From an uncultured Lachnospiraceae bacterium (GTDB lineage: Bacteria > Bacillota > Clostridia > Lachnospirales > Lachnospiraceae), in the NCBI GenBank assembly GCA_947574135.1, contig CANPIM010000001.1, forward strand, positions 57,447-121,446: DNA of 64,000 nt, given 5' to 3'. The notes below the pieces were generated by a model. It saw only the letters and a program-made list of their open reading frames with translations, was not told the DNA's origin and searched no databases. Positions 9,524 to 19,741 of this stretch are shown in pieces; within the stretch, counting starts at the first letter, position 1; every line of letters starts with the position of its first letter. A program made the translations under genes and the position numbers.

Positions 9524-10807
9524 TTACCACTGACAAGGTGTAAAGTCTGCTACATTATCCTTGTTGATAACGTCGGTTCCAATGTAGGATACACGGCTGA
9601 TATCCACGCCATTGAAATACTCAGCCATGGTTCTAACGGCAAGACCGGCGTCACCCTGGCAGGACTGATAGCTCATCATGTACAGATCTCCGCTCTCAAC
9701 CAGCTCTGCACCCTGCTTGGAGATACCGGCGGCCACTACCAGAATGTCGCTTCTGTTGGCAGCCTTGATAGCCTCTACTGTACCGATGGCCTGGTCGGAG
9801 TCGTCTGCCAGCACAATGGCCTTCAGATCATCGCCATGCTTGGTGATCCAGTCGGCTACCACCTGCTTCACAGCAGCTGCCTCAAATCCCGGAGACTGAA
9901 TATCCAGGGTCTTGATGTTGGGATACTTTTCAGCCAGCTCGGTCAGAGGACCATAGCAGCGTGCATAATAGGGAGAACCGCCTACATTATGGGTAATATA
10001 AGCCACACCGCCTTCTCCGTTCATAGCCTCTCCCAGAGAATCAGCCAGAGTTCTCATCTGATACCAGTCATTGGGGCCGGTAAATGCCATAACATAGTTC
10101 ATAGCATCTGCATTTACTGTGGTGTTCACACAGAAGGCCGGGATGCCTGCATCGGTGATTTTCTTAAACTGCTGAGCCGCATGATCCGCACTTACGGGGA
10201 TAACGCCAATGGCATCAGGCTGCTCATTGATAGCCTGGTCAATATAGCCGTCCTGTGTGGACTGATCCCAGTTGGGGTCATAGATATCACAGGTCATGCC
10301 CACAGCCTCACAGGCCTGCTCAAAGGCCTCGGAGAAGCAGGTGGTCCATGCATGTGCGCCATGTACGATCATAATGACATGCTTGCCCTTGCAGCCGTCA
10401 GCCGGGGAAGCGGGAAACTCTGCATCCTGGCTCTCATCCCAGTCCAGATACTCATAGAAATGCCACTTTGCAGAATCGCTGTCATCCAGAGCCTCCAGCT
10501 CCTCTGCAGTACCCTCTGCAGCCGGTACGTCAAAGGTCACGCCGGGAGCCAGCATGGGATGTCCGTCTGTGGTCATGAGAGTTGCAACAGCCTCGTCAAA
10601 GAGCGCCAGGGACTCATCCAGATTACTTCCGCCGCCTTCAGCCGGTGCCTCAGCCTCATCGCCGCCCTCTGCGGCCGGCTCGCTTTTCTGCTCCTGCTCC
10701 TGGGTCTGGGCCGGAGTGGAATCATCTCCGGAGCTTCCGCAGCCTGCCAGACAGCCTGCCACAACCATCACTGCACTCAGTAAGATTGCTAAACTTTTTC
10801 TTTTCAT
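9524..10807 (-). CDS. Monosaccharide ABC transporter substrate-binding lipoprotein (RbsB-like, type 1 PBP)
   Basis: Lipobox LAGC, acidic linker and a PBP1 core (DQAINEQPDAIGVIPV; GIPAFCVN). Confidence 0.9.
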   Translation of the reverse strand: MKRKSLAILLSAVMVVAGCLAGCGSSGDDSTPAQTQEQEQKSEPAAEGGDEAEAPAEGGGSNLDESLALFDEAVATLMTTDGHPMLAPGVTFDVPAAEGTAEELEALDDSDSAKWHFYEYLDWDESQDAEFPASPADGCKGKHVIMIVHGAHAWTTCFSEAFEQACEAVGMTCDIYDPNWDQSTQDGYIDQAINEQPDAIGVIPVSADHAAQQFKKITDAGIPAFCVNTTVNADAMNYVMAFTGPNDWYQMRTLADSLGEAMNGEGGVAYITHNVGGSPYYARCYGPLTELAEKYPNIKTLDIQSPGFEAAAVKQVVADWITKHGDDLKAIVLADDSDQAIGTVEAIKAANRSDILVVAAGISKQGAELVESGDLYMMSYQSCQGDAGLAVRTMAEYFNGVDISRVSYIGTDVINKDNVADFTPCQW

Positions 10808-10875
10808 CTTTCTTCCTCCTGTTTTGATTTCTATAATAAAAGCCTTCGCCTTTATTACCCAATGAAATATGCTTC

Positions 10876-11895
10876 TCAGCCCTTTCCTATTTCCTTTAAA
10901 TACTCCTGATGAAGATTGGGCCGGGTTCCCAAAACCTTGCTCTTTCTATACTGGGCAATGGTTTCATAGCAGATACAGGCAATGAGGATAATGGCAATCA
11001 CCAGCACCTGCATCTCCGTCTTTTTAAAGAGGGCTCTCAGGAATGCCACGGCAACCAGGGATATGTAGGTATTCAGCACGCTGCCGTGTCCGCCCGCAAT
11101 ATCGGTTCCTCCGATAATGGTGGCCGTCAATGCAATCATCAAAGGCGCAATTCCTTTCTCACCCATGCTGATATTGGCCGCTCCGGAATAGATTCCGTTT
11201 AAGGCTCCCCCCAGGGCACAGCAGGAGGAGGAGAGCACAAAGGCCACAGTCGTCACCTGATTGCTCTTTACGCCGGCCAGCCAGGCTGTCTCCAGGTTGC
11301 CGCCCACCATGTAAATATTTCTGCCGGTCCTGGTATTTCTCATAAAGATCATGACAATCACAATGACCAGGGTAGTAATCAGGAAATACAGGGAAAAGGG
11401 CACTCCCGGAATCAAGGCTCCGTTCAGGGCCTCATTAGCCGTATAATCCCGGCCGATGCTCTGCTCCTCGGGGGAGTACATATACATCACGCCCCGCAGC
11501 ACAAACTGCATACCCAGAGTAGCGATAAAGGAATGGATCTTAAGCTTGGTCACCAGAAATCCATTGATAAGCCCCACCAGCACTCCCATACAGGTGGCGA
11601 TAAGAATACAGACCAGCCACGGAAGCCCCTGGCGGGAATGAAGCCCCAGACACAGAAGAGCTGCCAGAGTGGACACGTACTGCACCGTCAGGTCCATATG
11701 CCCTGCAATGAGGCAGATGGTAAAGCCCAGGCCCAGCCACATGACCAGGCTGCCGTTTCCGGTTACGGAATTGATATTAAACGCTGTAAAAAAGTTGTTT
11801 CTGAAAATGCCTGCAAACAATACGATCAGCAGGAAAAGATATGCCCGGTTATTGTTCAGAAAGCTTCCGTTAATCTTAATTTTTTTTCTTTCCAT
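10876..11895 (-). CDS. Sugar ABC permease (RbsC-like)
   Basis: Hydrophobic; GHMDL, FIATLG, TRTGRNIYMVGGN and IIGGTDIAGG.GS. Confidence 0.93.
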   Translation of the reverse strand: MERKKIKINGSFLNNNRAYLFLLIVLFAGIFRNNFFTAFNINSVTGNGSLVMWLGLGFTICLIAGHMDLTVQYVSTLAALLCLGLHSRQGLPWLVCILIATCMGVLVGLINGFLVTKLKIHSFIATLGMQFVLRGVMYMYSPEEQSIGRDYTANEALNGALIPGVPFSLYFLITTLVIVIVMIFMRNTRTGRNIYMVGGNLETAWLAGVKSNQVTTVAFVLSSSCCALGGALNGIYSGAANISMGEKGIAPLMIALTATIIGGTDIAGGHGSVLNTYISLVAVAFLRALFKKTEMQVLVIAIILIACICYETIAQYRKSKVLGTRPNLHQEYLKEIGKG

Positions 11896-12947
11896 CAGCC
11901 TTTCCCCAACTTTCTTTCCGAATAAGTGTTAATCCATACGATTGCCAGGAATACCACGCCCTGTACGGCGTATTTGGTGTAGGTGCCAAGACCTATCCAG
12001 GACAAAATATTATTCAGGATTCCATAGGCCAGCACGCCTCCCAGAGTGCCCACCACGGAGCCCTGGCCGCCTCCCAGAAGCGTTCCGCCCAGAAGCACAC
12101 AGGTCAGACAGGAAAAGTCATAGCCAGTACCGTTCTCATAGGAAGCCGTCTTTCGAAGGGCTGCGTAGAAGATGCCGCCCACAGCCGCCGCCGTGCTGCA
12201 GAGCACATAGGACATGGTCACCACCTTGGTACAGTTGATTCCGGAAAACCGGGCCGCCTCATAGCTGGTACCCACCAGCTTTAGCTTCTGGCCAAAGGAG
12301 GTCTTGGAATGGATAAACCAGGAAATGGCAAAGAGCACCAGCATCACAATGGCCATGAGAGATATGACGCCTCCGATATAGGTTCTGGAAATGGAGTAAA
12401 AGGTGTTTGCCGCATTCTGGGCATATTCCGTATCTGCCGCCACGCTGTCTGCATACAGCTGCTTTCCGCCCCACACCACCCGGATAATTCCGGAAAGCAG
12501 AAGGTTGAAGCCCCAGGTCCAGATAATGGGATTGGCCTTTAATTTACCAATCATAAAGCCGTTGATAAGTCCGATGCACACGCCGGACAAAAGACCGATG
12601 GCCAGTGCAATGGGGAAGCCCAGGTTGATGCTCTGCACGGTCATCATACCGGCCATAGCCATGGTCAGGGGAATGGACATATCGTTCATGTTTCCCGCAT
12701 ATACCACATAGATCAGGCCGCTGCACACCATGCCCTGGAGGGCTACGGCCTCCAGAATGGACTGGACATTGCTGGCGCCAAAGAAGCTGCCTCCATTGAC
12801 CATGGCGATAATCATGCCCATAACCACCAGGGCCACAACGATCACCCAGATTCCCAGCTTATTGAAAAGAATGATTCCTTTGTTAATCTCTGTCTTTCTG
12901 GTGTCCACCTTTGCCGGGTTGGGATTGTTATTTACTTGTTCTGACAT
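11895..12947 (-). CDS. Sugar ABC permease (RbsC-like)
   Basis: Hydrophobic; FGQKLKLVG...EAARFSGI and LLGGTLLGGGQGS. Confidence 0.93.
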   Translation of the reverse strand: MSEQVNNNPNPAKVDTRKTEINKGIILFNKLGIWVIVVALVVMGMIIAMVNGGSFFGASNVQSILEAVALQGMVCSGLIYVVYAGNMNDMSIPLTMAMAGMMTVQSINLGFPIALAIGLLSGVCIGLINGFMIGKLKANPIIWTWGFNLLLSGIIRVVWGGKQLYADSVAADTEYAQNAANTFYSISRTYIGGVISLMAIVMLVLFAISWFIHSKTSFGQKLKLVGTSYEAARFSGINCTKVVTMSYVLCSTAAAVGGIFYAALRKTASYENGTGYDFSCLTCVLLGGTLLGGGQGSVVGTLGGVLAYGILNNILSWIGLGTYTKYAVQGVVFLAIVWINTYSERKLGKG

Positions 12948-14476
12948 GTTACATACTCTCCTTTCCCATTGGCCGCGATCAACAGGGAATTCTCCGTGAT
13001 GCCCTCCTTTGGTATCTCGCCGATGATATGGCCCTCTCTCAGGATAACCGCCCGGTCACATAAGCCTACCACCTCCGGCAGGTCGCTGGAGATGAGAATC
13101 ACCGCATTGCCCTGCTCCACATATTTTTTCACCACATTGTGGATAATCTGCTTTGCGTTTACATCCACGCCTCGGGTGGGCTCATCCAGAATCAGCACAT
13201 CCACGTCCGCTGCCAGCCATTTGGCCATGAGCACCTTCTGCTGATTTCCACCGGAAAAGCTGTTCACCCGGCGGTTCCGGTCTGCGGGATACACGCTCAT
13301 CTCATTGATTTTCTCGTCCACCAGATCATTGTTCCAGCCGTTGGAATACAGGATTCCCTTGGAGTACTTGTCAATCACACAGGACATGACATTATCGGCC
13401 ACACTCTGGGTCAGCGCCAGCCCCACCACCTTGCGATCCTCGGTAAGATAGCCTACACCGGCCTTGATGGCCTCCCCGAAGTTTTTGAATTTCACTTCTT
13501 TTCCGTGGAGATAAACCCTGCCTTTGTCGTAGGCGTCCACCCCGATAAGGGCTCTTGCAATCTCGGTCCGGCCTGCGCCGGCCAGGCCGCTGATAGCCAG
13601 GATCTCTCCCTTGTGCAGCTCAAAATCCACATGATGGAAGAAGCCCCACCGGGTAAAGTCCTCCACCTTCAAAACCACCTCGTCGGAAATTTTGCTTCCG
13701 CTCTCCGCGTAGAAGCTCTTCACCGGCTCGCCTACCATCTGCTCTACCAGCTGCTCTGTATTGATCTCGCTGACATCGCACTCTCCCACCTTTCGTCCGT
13801 CCCGCATCACCGTTACCCGGTCTGCGATCTCGAAAATCTCCGACATATGATGGGATATGTAAATAATAGCCAGTCCCTCTTCCTTAAGCTTGCGGATAAT
13901 GTCAAACATCCGCTGCACCTCTTCTCTGGAGAGGGAGGAGGTGGGCTCATCCATAACCAGAATCCGGGGCTGGGCGTCCAGCACCTTGGCAATCTCCACC
14001 AGCTGGGCATCACACTGGCTGATGTCTGCAATATTGATGGTGGGATCCAGGTTTCCCAGTCCTACCCGCTCCAGACATTCCCTGGCTCTGGCAATGGCCG
14101 CCTTTTTGTCGATAAACAGAGCATTTTTCTTGGGAAGGCGTCCCACCAGAAGATTCTCATAGATGGAAATCCGGCGGGCCAGGGACAGCTCCTGATACAC
14201 CATACCAATGCCGGCCTCCTTGGCCATAATAGGCGTATGCAGCTTTTTCTTTTCCCCCTCAATAAAAATCTCGCCGGTATAATCATTGAACAGACCGGCC
14301 AGCACCTTCATCAGCGTGGACTTTCCGGCTCCGTTCTCCCCCATAAGCGCGTGGACCTCTCCCTTTTTTACCCGGAAATCCACACGGTCAACGGCCAGAG
14401 TACCGGGGAACCGCTTGCTCACGCCGCGCATTTCCAATGCCAGGACCTCTCCCGTTCCTTTTGGTTCTTGACTCAT
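12932..14476 (-). CDS. Sugar ABC transporter ATP-binding protein (RbsA/MglA-like, two NBDs)
   Basis: Walker A GENGAGKST, MDEPT, SGGNQQK and LDEPTRGVD. Confidence 0.96.
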   Translation of the reverse strand: MSQEPKGTGEVLALEMRGVSKRFPGTLAVDRVDFRVKKGEVHALMGENGAGKSTLMKVLAGLFNDYTGEIFIEGEKKKLHTPIMAKEAGIGMVYQELSLARRISIYENLLVGRLPKKNALFIDKKAAIARARECLERVGLGNLDPTINIADISQCDAQLVEIAKVLDAQPRILVMDEPTSSLSREEVQRMFDIIRKLKEEGLAIIYISHHMSEIFEIADRVTVMRDGRKVGECDVSEINTEQLVEQMVGEPVKSFYAESGSKISDEVVLKVEDFTRWGFFHHVDFELHKGEILAISGLAGAGRTEIARALIGVDAYDKGRVYLHGKEVKFKNFGEAIKAGVGYLTEDRKVVGLALTQSVADNVMSCVIDKYSKGILYSNGWNNDLVDEKINEMSVYPADRNRRVNSFSGGNQQKVLMAKWLAADVDVLILDEPTRGVDVNAKQIIHNVVKKYVEQGNAVILISSDLPEVVGLCDRAVILREGHIIGEIPKEGITENSLLIAANGKGEYVTCQNK

Positions 14477-14509
14477 ACTGTCTTTCCTCCTCTTTTCTCT
14501 ACTGCTCGG

Positions 14510-15148
14510 TTACCCTAAAATCTCCCGTACCTTGGAAGCCATGGCCTTGCCCAGTCTCTCGTGAGAATCCGGATGCATATGTACCCCATCCACTGTGGCG
14601 GCCTTTCCGTACAGGGACGCGTCCAAAAAGGCAAGACCTGCGCCCTCTGCAAATTCCTTATAAGCCTCGGCCAGGGCCTGGGAGCGCTCTGTCCCGTACT
14701 CTCCAAACATATCGTAAAACAGGGGATGATTTTTGTAAGAGGGATCAATATGGATGGGCGATACCAGGAGAACCTTGGGCTTCTCTCCCGCCATGGGAGT
14801 GATGCTCAGCACGTCCAGATACCGCTGGAGGCCAAAGGCAATGGTGCGGGCGCTTACCCCGAACCGGGCCTTCAGATCGTTGGTACCCAGCATCAGAATC
14901 ACCAGATTCAGGGGAGACTGGGAGTCACAGCAGGGCCCAAAATATTTGATGCCGCTTAAGCGTCCCTCCAGCACATCCTCAAACACGGAAACCCGGCCGT
15001 TGTAGCCCTCCTCAATGACCTGATAACCTTCTCCCAGCTCCTTTTGCAGAACTCCCGTCCAGCGCACATCCTCCGGATATCTGCTTCCATCCTCCGGCAC
15101 CGCGCCCCAAGTATTGGAATCCCCATAACATAATACCCTCTTTTTCAT
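14510..15148 (-). CDS. SGNH/GDSL hydrolase (esterase)
   Basis: Blocks YGDSNTWG, EEGYNGR, LGTND and DGVH. Confidence 0.93.
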   Translation of the reverse strand: MKKRVLCYGDSNTWGAVPEDGSRYPEDVRWTGVLQKELGEGYQVIEEGYNGRVSVFEDVLEGRLSGIKYFGPCCDSQSPLNLVILMLGTNDLKARFGVSARTIAFGLQRYLDVLSITPMAGEKPKVLLVSPIHIDPSYKNHPLFYDMFGEYGTERSQALAEAYKEFAEGAGLAFLDASLYGKAATVDGVHMHPDSHERLGKAMASKVREILG

Positions 15149-15250
15149 TCAAACCTCCCGTTTCCTTTGCATACTCTGTCATTTTGTTATCTCTTATCTT
15201 CTATTATAGCAAATCCTCCGTCATATTCAACAAATGTTTGTTTTTAAATT

Positions 15251-15261
15251 TAAACGTTTCA
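15251..15261. promoter_or_regulatory. LacI-type operator candidate
   Basis: TAAACGTTTCA between divergent promoters (extended -10 TGCTATAAT on minus at 15203-15211; TTGACA at 15282). Near-identical to 19731-19741. Confidence 0.55.
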
Positions 15262-15350
15262 CCATTAAATTTAAATTTAACTTGACAATTTATCTAATTT
15301 TAATTCATAATAAACTCATATTTTGTATACTTTTTGTATGGGAGAATCTT

Positions 15351-17603
15351 ATGACAACCTTAAAAGAAGTGGCCGAGCTGGCCGGTGTGTCCATCGCCAC
15401 CGTTTCCTACTGCATCAACGGCACCAAAAACATCAAGCCTGAGACAAGACTCAAGGTCATGCGGGCCATTGAGGAGCTCAATTACATTCCCAACCGCTCT
15501 GCCAAAAATCTCCGGGAGCCTGACAACCGGGAGATTGGTATTGTGATCCCGGATATTGAGGATCACTATTATTCCGAGATCCTAAAGGGCATTGTATATG
15601 AGGCGGAAAATGCCAATTATGCCCTGAATATCGCCTTTACCTACCGGGCTCCCAACCAGGAGTGCAAGATTATCCAGGATTTTATCAGCCGGAATGTGAG
15701 CGGCCTGGCCATTCTCACCTGCCAGCCCTCCAACACGGATTTTTTCAAGAACAGTGTGGTGCGCTACCACATTCCCTGTGTTTTTATTGACCGGATTCCT
15801 CAGGGGTTGAACGTAAACTTTCAGACCTTTGACAATTATACCACCATTCACTATCTGACCCGGCAACTGCTCTTGCATGGCTATCAGACCATCGGGCTTA
15901 TGACCGGGCCGGAGGATCTTCTGAGCGAATCGGACTGTATCTATGCCTTTACCGATGCCCATATTGAGCACAAGAAGGTCTATTATCCCGATCACATTCA
16001 TTCCTGCGATATGACCAAGGAGGGGGCTTTTCGCATTTTTATGAATTCCCTCCACAAGGGCATTCCCCAGGCTATTATCTCCTCCTCAGAGGATATGACC
16101 AAGGGCATTGTGGAGGTGTTAAACCTGTGCCATATCCGGATTCCGGAGGATATCTGTGTCATTACCCTTGGGGTGGAGTGCTGGAACAGCTCCAACTACC
16201 ATCCCCATGTGCTCCACACCTCCAGACAGGCCTACACCCTTGGGAAAAACTGCTGCCAGCTTCTTCTGCGCAACATCCAGTCCCCCCATCTCTTTGAGCC
16301 GGAATTTATGCTCCATCAGGAGCGCCACCTGGAGGACTCTCTGGTATTTCCCCCGCCTCCCAGGCCCTTCTCCTTCCCCACCAGCCAGAGGAAGCTTAAG
16401 ATTTTGGCTTTGTCCCTGCCCACGGTCCGGGCTCTGGACGCAGTTTCCCTGGAGTTTTCCCGGCTTTACGGCGCCCAGGTGGACATCGACTACCTGCCCA
16501 TGCGGGAGCTCTTTCACGCCATCTGCCAGGATTCCCGCAGGCTCCAGAGCGAATACGATGTCTATGTGGTGGATGTATCCTGGATGCGCTATCTGATTCA
16601 GGAGAAGCTTCTCATGGATATCACGGACTTTATCCAGTCCTGTACCCTGGAAACCGCCCATATGATACCGAAAAACCTGGAGAACTGCTGCTACAAGGGC
16701 CGGTATTACGGCCTGCCCATTATCGGCGGCACTCATCTGCTTTTTTACAGGAAGGATTTCTTTAACAGCACCAAGCTACAGCAGGCCTTTAAGGAGCAGC
16801 ACCATATCTCCCTTCGGCCTCCCAAGACCTGGACGGAATTTAACGGCATCGCCCGCTTTTTCACCCGATCCTTAAACCCGGAGTCTCCCTCCACCTATGG
16901 CACCTCCCTGCCTGCCTCCATGAGCGAGGAGCTGGCCCTGGAGATCCTGGTCCGGCTCTGGAGCTTTGGCGGCGGCCTCTTTGACCAGAATAACCGGCTG
17001 CTCTTAAATACCCCCCAGAATCTCCGGGGTTACCAGAGCATCCTGGAGACCTGCTCCTACGCGTCTCCCCATTTTATGACCCACAACCACCAGAAATCCT
17101 TCCAGGATTTCAGCACAGGAAAAACGGCCATGCTCATCTCCTTTACGGAGTATGCGGGGGATCTGAAAAACTATGTGCCCAACGATATGCTCTCCAGCGT
17201 GGGCTACTGCACCCTTCCCGGAGGCACGCCGGCCAATGTGGGCTGGCAGATGGGCATCAGCAAATCCACAAAAAATAAGGCCCTCATCGAGGACCTGTTT
17301 AAATGGATCTGCACCAAGCATACCAGCTATTACCTGACCATTCTGGACGGACAGGCTGTTATGAAATATCCCTACCAGAACCATGAGCTCCTGAAGCTCT
17401 ACCCCTGGCTGGACTTAACAGACGAGGGCATCCGCCTTTCCCACTCCCGCATCTATCCCCTACGGGGAAAGACCAGCAATGTTCCACCCTATCAGGTGGA
17501 GGCCGTGCTCTGTCAGACCTTTTACCAGATCTGGGAGAACGGCATGCCCATTGAGGAGGCTTTGGCGGATGCCCAGAAAGAGCTGTATCGTCTTTTTGCT
17601 TAG
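15351..17603 (+). CDS. LacI-family regulator fused to a C-terminal family-1 sugar-binding (type 2 PBP) domain
   Basis: MTTLKEVAELAGVSIATVS HTH, PBP1 effector domain, then YYGLPIIGG..LFYRKD and PPKTWTEF. Start moved to ATG 15351 (GGAG upstream). Confidence 0.9.
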   Translation: MTTLKEVAELAGVSIATVSYCINGTKNIKPETRLKVMRAIEELNYIPNRSAKNLREPDNREIGIVIPDIEDHYYSEILKGIVYEAENANYALNIAFTYRAPNQECKIIQDFISRNVSGLAILTCQPSNTDFFKNSVVRYHIPCVFIDRIPQGLNVNFQTFDNYTTIHYLTRQLLLHGYQTIGLMTGPEDLLSESDCIYAFTDAHIEHKKVYYPDHIHSCDMTKEGAFRIFMNSLHKGIPQAIISSSEDMTKGIVEVLNLCHIRIPEDICVITLGVECWNSSNYHPHVLHTSRQAYTLGKNCCQLLLRNIQSPHLFEPEFMLHQERHLEDSLVFPPPPRPFSFPTSQRKLKILALSLPTVRALDAVSLEFSRLYGAQVDIDYLPMRELFHAICQDSRRLQSEYDVYVVDVSWMRYLIQEKLLMDITDFIQSCTLETAHMIPKNLENCCYKGRYYGLPIIGGTHLLFYRKDFFNSTKLQQAFKEQHHISLRPPKTWTEFNGIARFFTRSLNPESPSTYGTSLPASMSEELALEILVRLWSFGGGLFDQNNRLLLNTPQNLRGYQSILETCSYASPHFMTHNHQKSFQDFSTGKTAMLISFTEYAGDLKNYVPNDMLSSVGYCTLPGGTPANVGWQMGISKSTKNKALIEDLFKWICTKHTSYYLTILDGQAVMKYPYQNHELLKLYPWLDLTDEGIRLSHSRIYPLRGKTSNVPPYQVEAVLCQTFYQIWENGMPIEEALADAQKELYRLFA

Positions 17604-17622
17604 ACGCCTGCTTCTATGGCAG

Positions 17623-18264
17623 TTATGCAGTGGCGGCCAGCTTCTTTGCAAGCTGTGCTGCGCTGGCTGCATCCTCACTGTAGCCGTCGGCGCCAATCTC
17701 ATCTGCGAAGGCCTGGGTAATGGGGGCTCCGCCTACCATGATCTTAATTCTATCCCGGAAGGGCTGCTCGTTGAGAGCTGCAACCGTATCCCGAAGAGCC
17801 GGCATGGTGGTGGTCAGAAGAGCAGAGCAGCCAACCAACGTTGCATCCGGATTCTCATTTACGGCCTCTATAAATTTCTCTATGGGTACATCGATGCCCA
17901 GATCAATCACCTCAAAGCCGGCGCTCTCGATCATCATGCCAACCAGGTTCTTTCCGATATCATGCAGGTCTCCTGCAACGGTTCCCAAAATCATCTTTCC
18001 TGCAGAAGAGGTTCCGCCGCTGGCCAGATGGGGCTTTAACACCTCCACACCCTTCTTCATAGCCCGGGCAGCCACCAGCATCTCCGGCACGAAGATCTCG
18101 TTATTCTTAAACTTTTCGCCTACCACGCCCATGGCGTCAATCATGCCCTGATTCAAAATCTCAACGGGATCGCAGCCTTCGTCGAGGGCTTCCTGCACAA
18201 GTCCTCCCACCAGCTTTGCCTTTCCTTTTTCAACGGCTTCTGCAACTTCCTGAATTTTCGACAT
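17623..18264 (-). CDS. Methyltransferase corrinoid (B12-binding) protein
   Basis: Cap domain (G...M..VG..F...EIFVPEM), DLHDIGKNLV B12 motif, SALLTTT and VGGAP. Confidence 0.96.
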   Translation of the reverse strand: MSKIQEVAEAVEKGKAKLVGGLVQEALDEGCDPVEILNQGMIDAMGVVGEKFKNNEIFVPEMLVAARAMKKGVEVLKPHLASGGTSSAGKMILGTVAGDLHDIGKNLVGMMIESAGFEVIDLGIDVPIEKFIEAVNENPDATLVGCSALLTTTMPALRDTVAALNEQPFRDRIKIMVGGAPITQAFADEIGADGYSEDAASAAQLAKKLAATA

Positions 18265-18398
18265 TTTCCAGTCCTCCTTGTATTTTGTTCACAACCACCA
18301 TGAATTCCATTCATGTTACTCTTATTTTAGCTTTTTCCCACAAAAACCGCAAGCAAAATGCCCAAATTTCTTTCCTACAGAATGTTTGAATTCTCTCC

Positions 18399-19649
18399 CT
18401 ATTTTCTGGCATTTTGTACAGCCCTGTACATGGCCATAATATTTTCCGGGGGAACATCCGGCAGAATATTGTGTTCCGTGTTAAATACAAAGCCTCCGTC
18501 ATGGTGGAAGATGTCGATCATCCGACAGGTGTACTCGTACACCTCCTCCGGTGTGGCGTGGTTTAAGACCGAGCGGGTATTGCAGCCACCGCCCCAGAAG
18601 GTGATGTCCTTTCCGAACTCCTTCTTTAACCGGGCAGGATCCATCTGGTAGGCTGTGGTCTGCACCGGATTGATGATATCATAGCCCGCGTCAATGAGAT
18701 CTCCCATCACGCCGTAGATGGAGCCGCAGGAGTGGAGGAAGGTTTTCATATGGCTGTGGGTATGTACATACTCGTTAAGCTTGGTGTGATAGGGCTTAAA
18801 CAGCTCCCGGTACTTCTCCGCGGACATAAACATGTTCTTATCCATGCCCAGGTCATCCCCAAACCGCAGAATGTCCACCACGTCTCCCACAGCCGCACAG
18901 GTCTTTTCCAGGGTGTGGAGATGGCGCACCATGAGCTGCTCAATAAGCTCCTCCACGCTTTCCGGCTCCGCGTAGATATCCATCAGGAAGTTCTCCATCC
19001 GGCGCAGGAAGGTGCCCCACTCAAAAAGATTACAGCCGCAGGTAATCATCAGAGCCCGATCCGTGCTGGCCCGAAGCTTCAGGCACCGCTCCCTGAGATC
19101 TGCATAGAAGGCATCCTCTGTGGGGAAATCCTTCATATGATCCCAGGGCCCGTGCACCAGCGCGCTCCAGAGCACCTGTCCCATGGCATGATCCAGATCG
19201 TCGTAATTATCCGGATAGTCCTCCTTGTAGGGGAAAATCATCTGGTCAAAGCACATGCCTCCCTTGGGCATCCGGGCAATGAGCACCCCGTCCTGGTACA
19301 CATCGTAGCCACCGTCCGCGGTTTTTACCGGCTGAAACCAAGCGGGCCACTGACCGATTTTGCCATTGCTTAAGGTCACATCGTACCAGTCGCTGTCCTT
19401 CTCATTATATACCCGGGCCACGTCTAAGGCATCGGCGCCAATAAGATCCAGCACACACTCCTCCGGCTGGGCCACCTGCTGTACCACGTCGTAAATCCGG
19501 GTATGCCCCTCCTTCATTCCCAGATGCTCCTTTAAATTGGCATAGGCCTGGCCGGAGATTCCCGCGCTCACATTGCTGCCCAGATCCATGGGCAGATAAT
19601 CCGGCTCTTTATGGTTGATGGCTGCTAACACACGTTCTCTTGAAGTCAT
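18399..19649 (-). CDS. UroD/MtaA-CmuA family methyltransferase (candidate MT1), upstream of the corrinoid protein
   Basis: MTSRERV, FGDDLG, FLHSCGS, INPVQ, FWGGG and GGFVFN.EHNI. ATG at 19649. Confidence 0.9.
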   Translation of the reverse strand: MTSRERVLAAINHKEPDYLPMDLGSNVSAGISGQAYANLKEHLGMKEGHTRIYDVVQQVAQPEECVLDLIGADALDVARVYNEKDSDWYDVTLSNGKIGQWPAWFQPVKTADGGYDVYQDGVLIARMPKGGMCFDQMIFPYKEDYPDNYDDLDHAMGQVLWSALVHGPWDHMKDFPTEDAFYADLRERCLKLRASTDRALMITCGCNLFEWGTFLRRMENFLMDIYAEPESVEELIEQLMVRHLHTLEKTCAAVGDVVDILRFGDDLGMDKNMFMSAEKYRELFKPYHTKLNEYVHTHSHMKTFLHSCGSIYGVMGDLIDAGYDIINPVQTTAYQMDPARLKKEFGKDITFWGGGCNTRSVLNHATPEEVYEYTCRMIDIFHHDGGFVFNTEHNILPDVPPENIMAMYRAVQNARK

Positions 19650-19730
19650 ATGTACACACCTCTTTCTTTTTGATAACCCCATTATAGCGCACAAAAGAAA
19701 GAAAAGGCGGCTTTTTCCCAAATAAAAATC

Positions 19731-19741
19731 TAAACGTTTTA
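19731..19741. promoter_or_regulatory. LacI-type operator candidate
   Basis: Palindromic TAAACGTTTTA just upstream of TTGACC (19750) of the second LacI fusion gene. Confidence 0.55.

Noticed and set aside
8990-10783. Long plus-strand ORFs (8990..10783, 13139..14518, 28078..29661, 29746..31515 and similar)
   Set aside because: They are antisense shadows of well-supported minus-strand genes, with no motifs or RBS.
1446-19649. UroD-family genes as haem biosynthesis hemE
   Set aside because: There are five divergent paralogues with no hem/cob genes nearby. The corrinoid and sugar-transport context and the HSCG motifs favour the methyltransferase branch.
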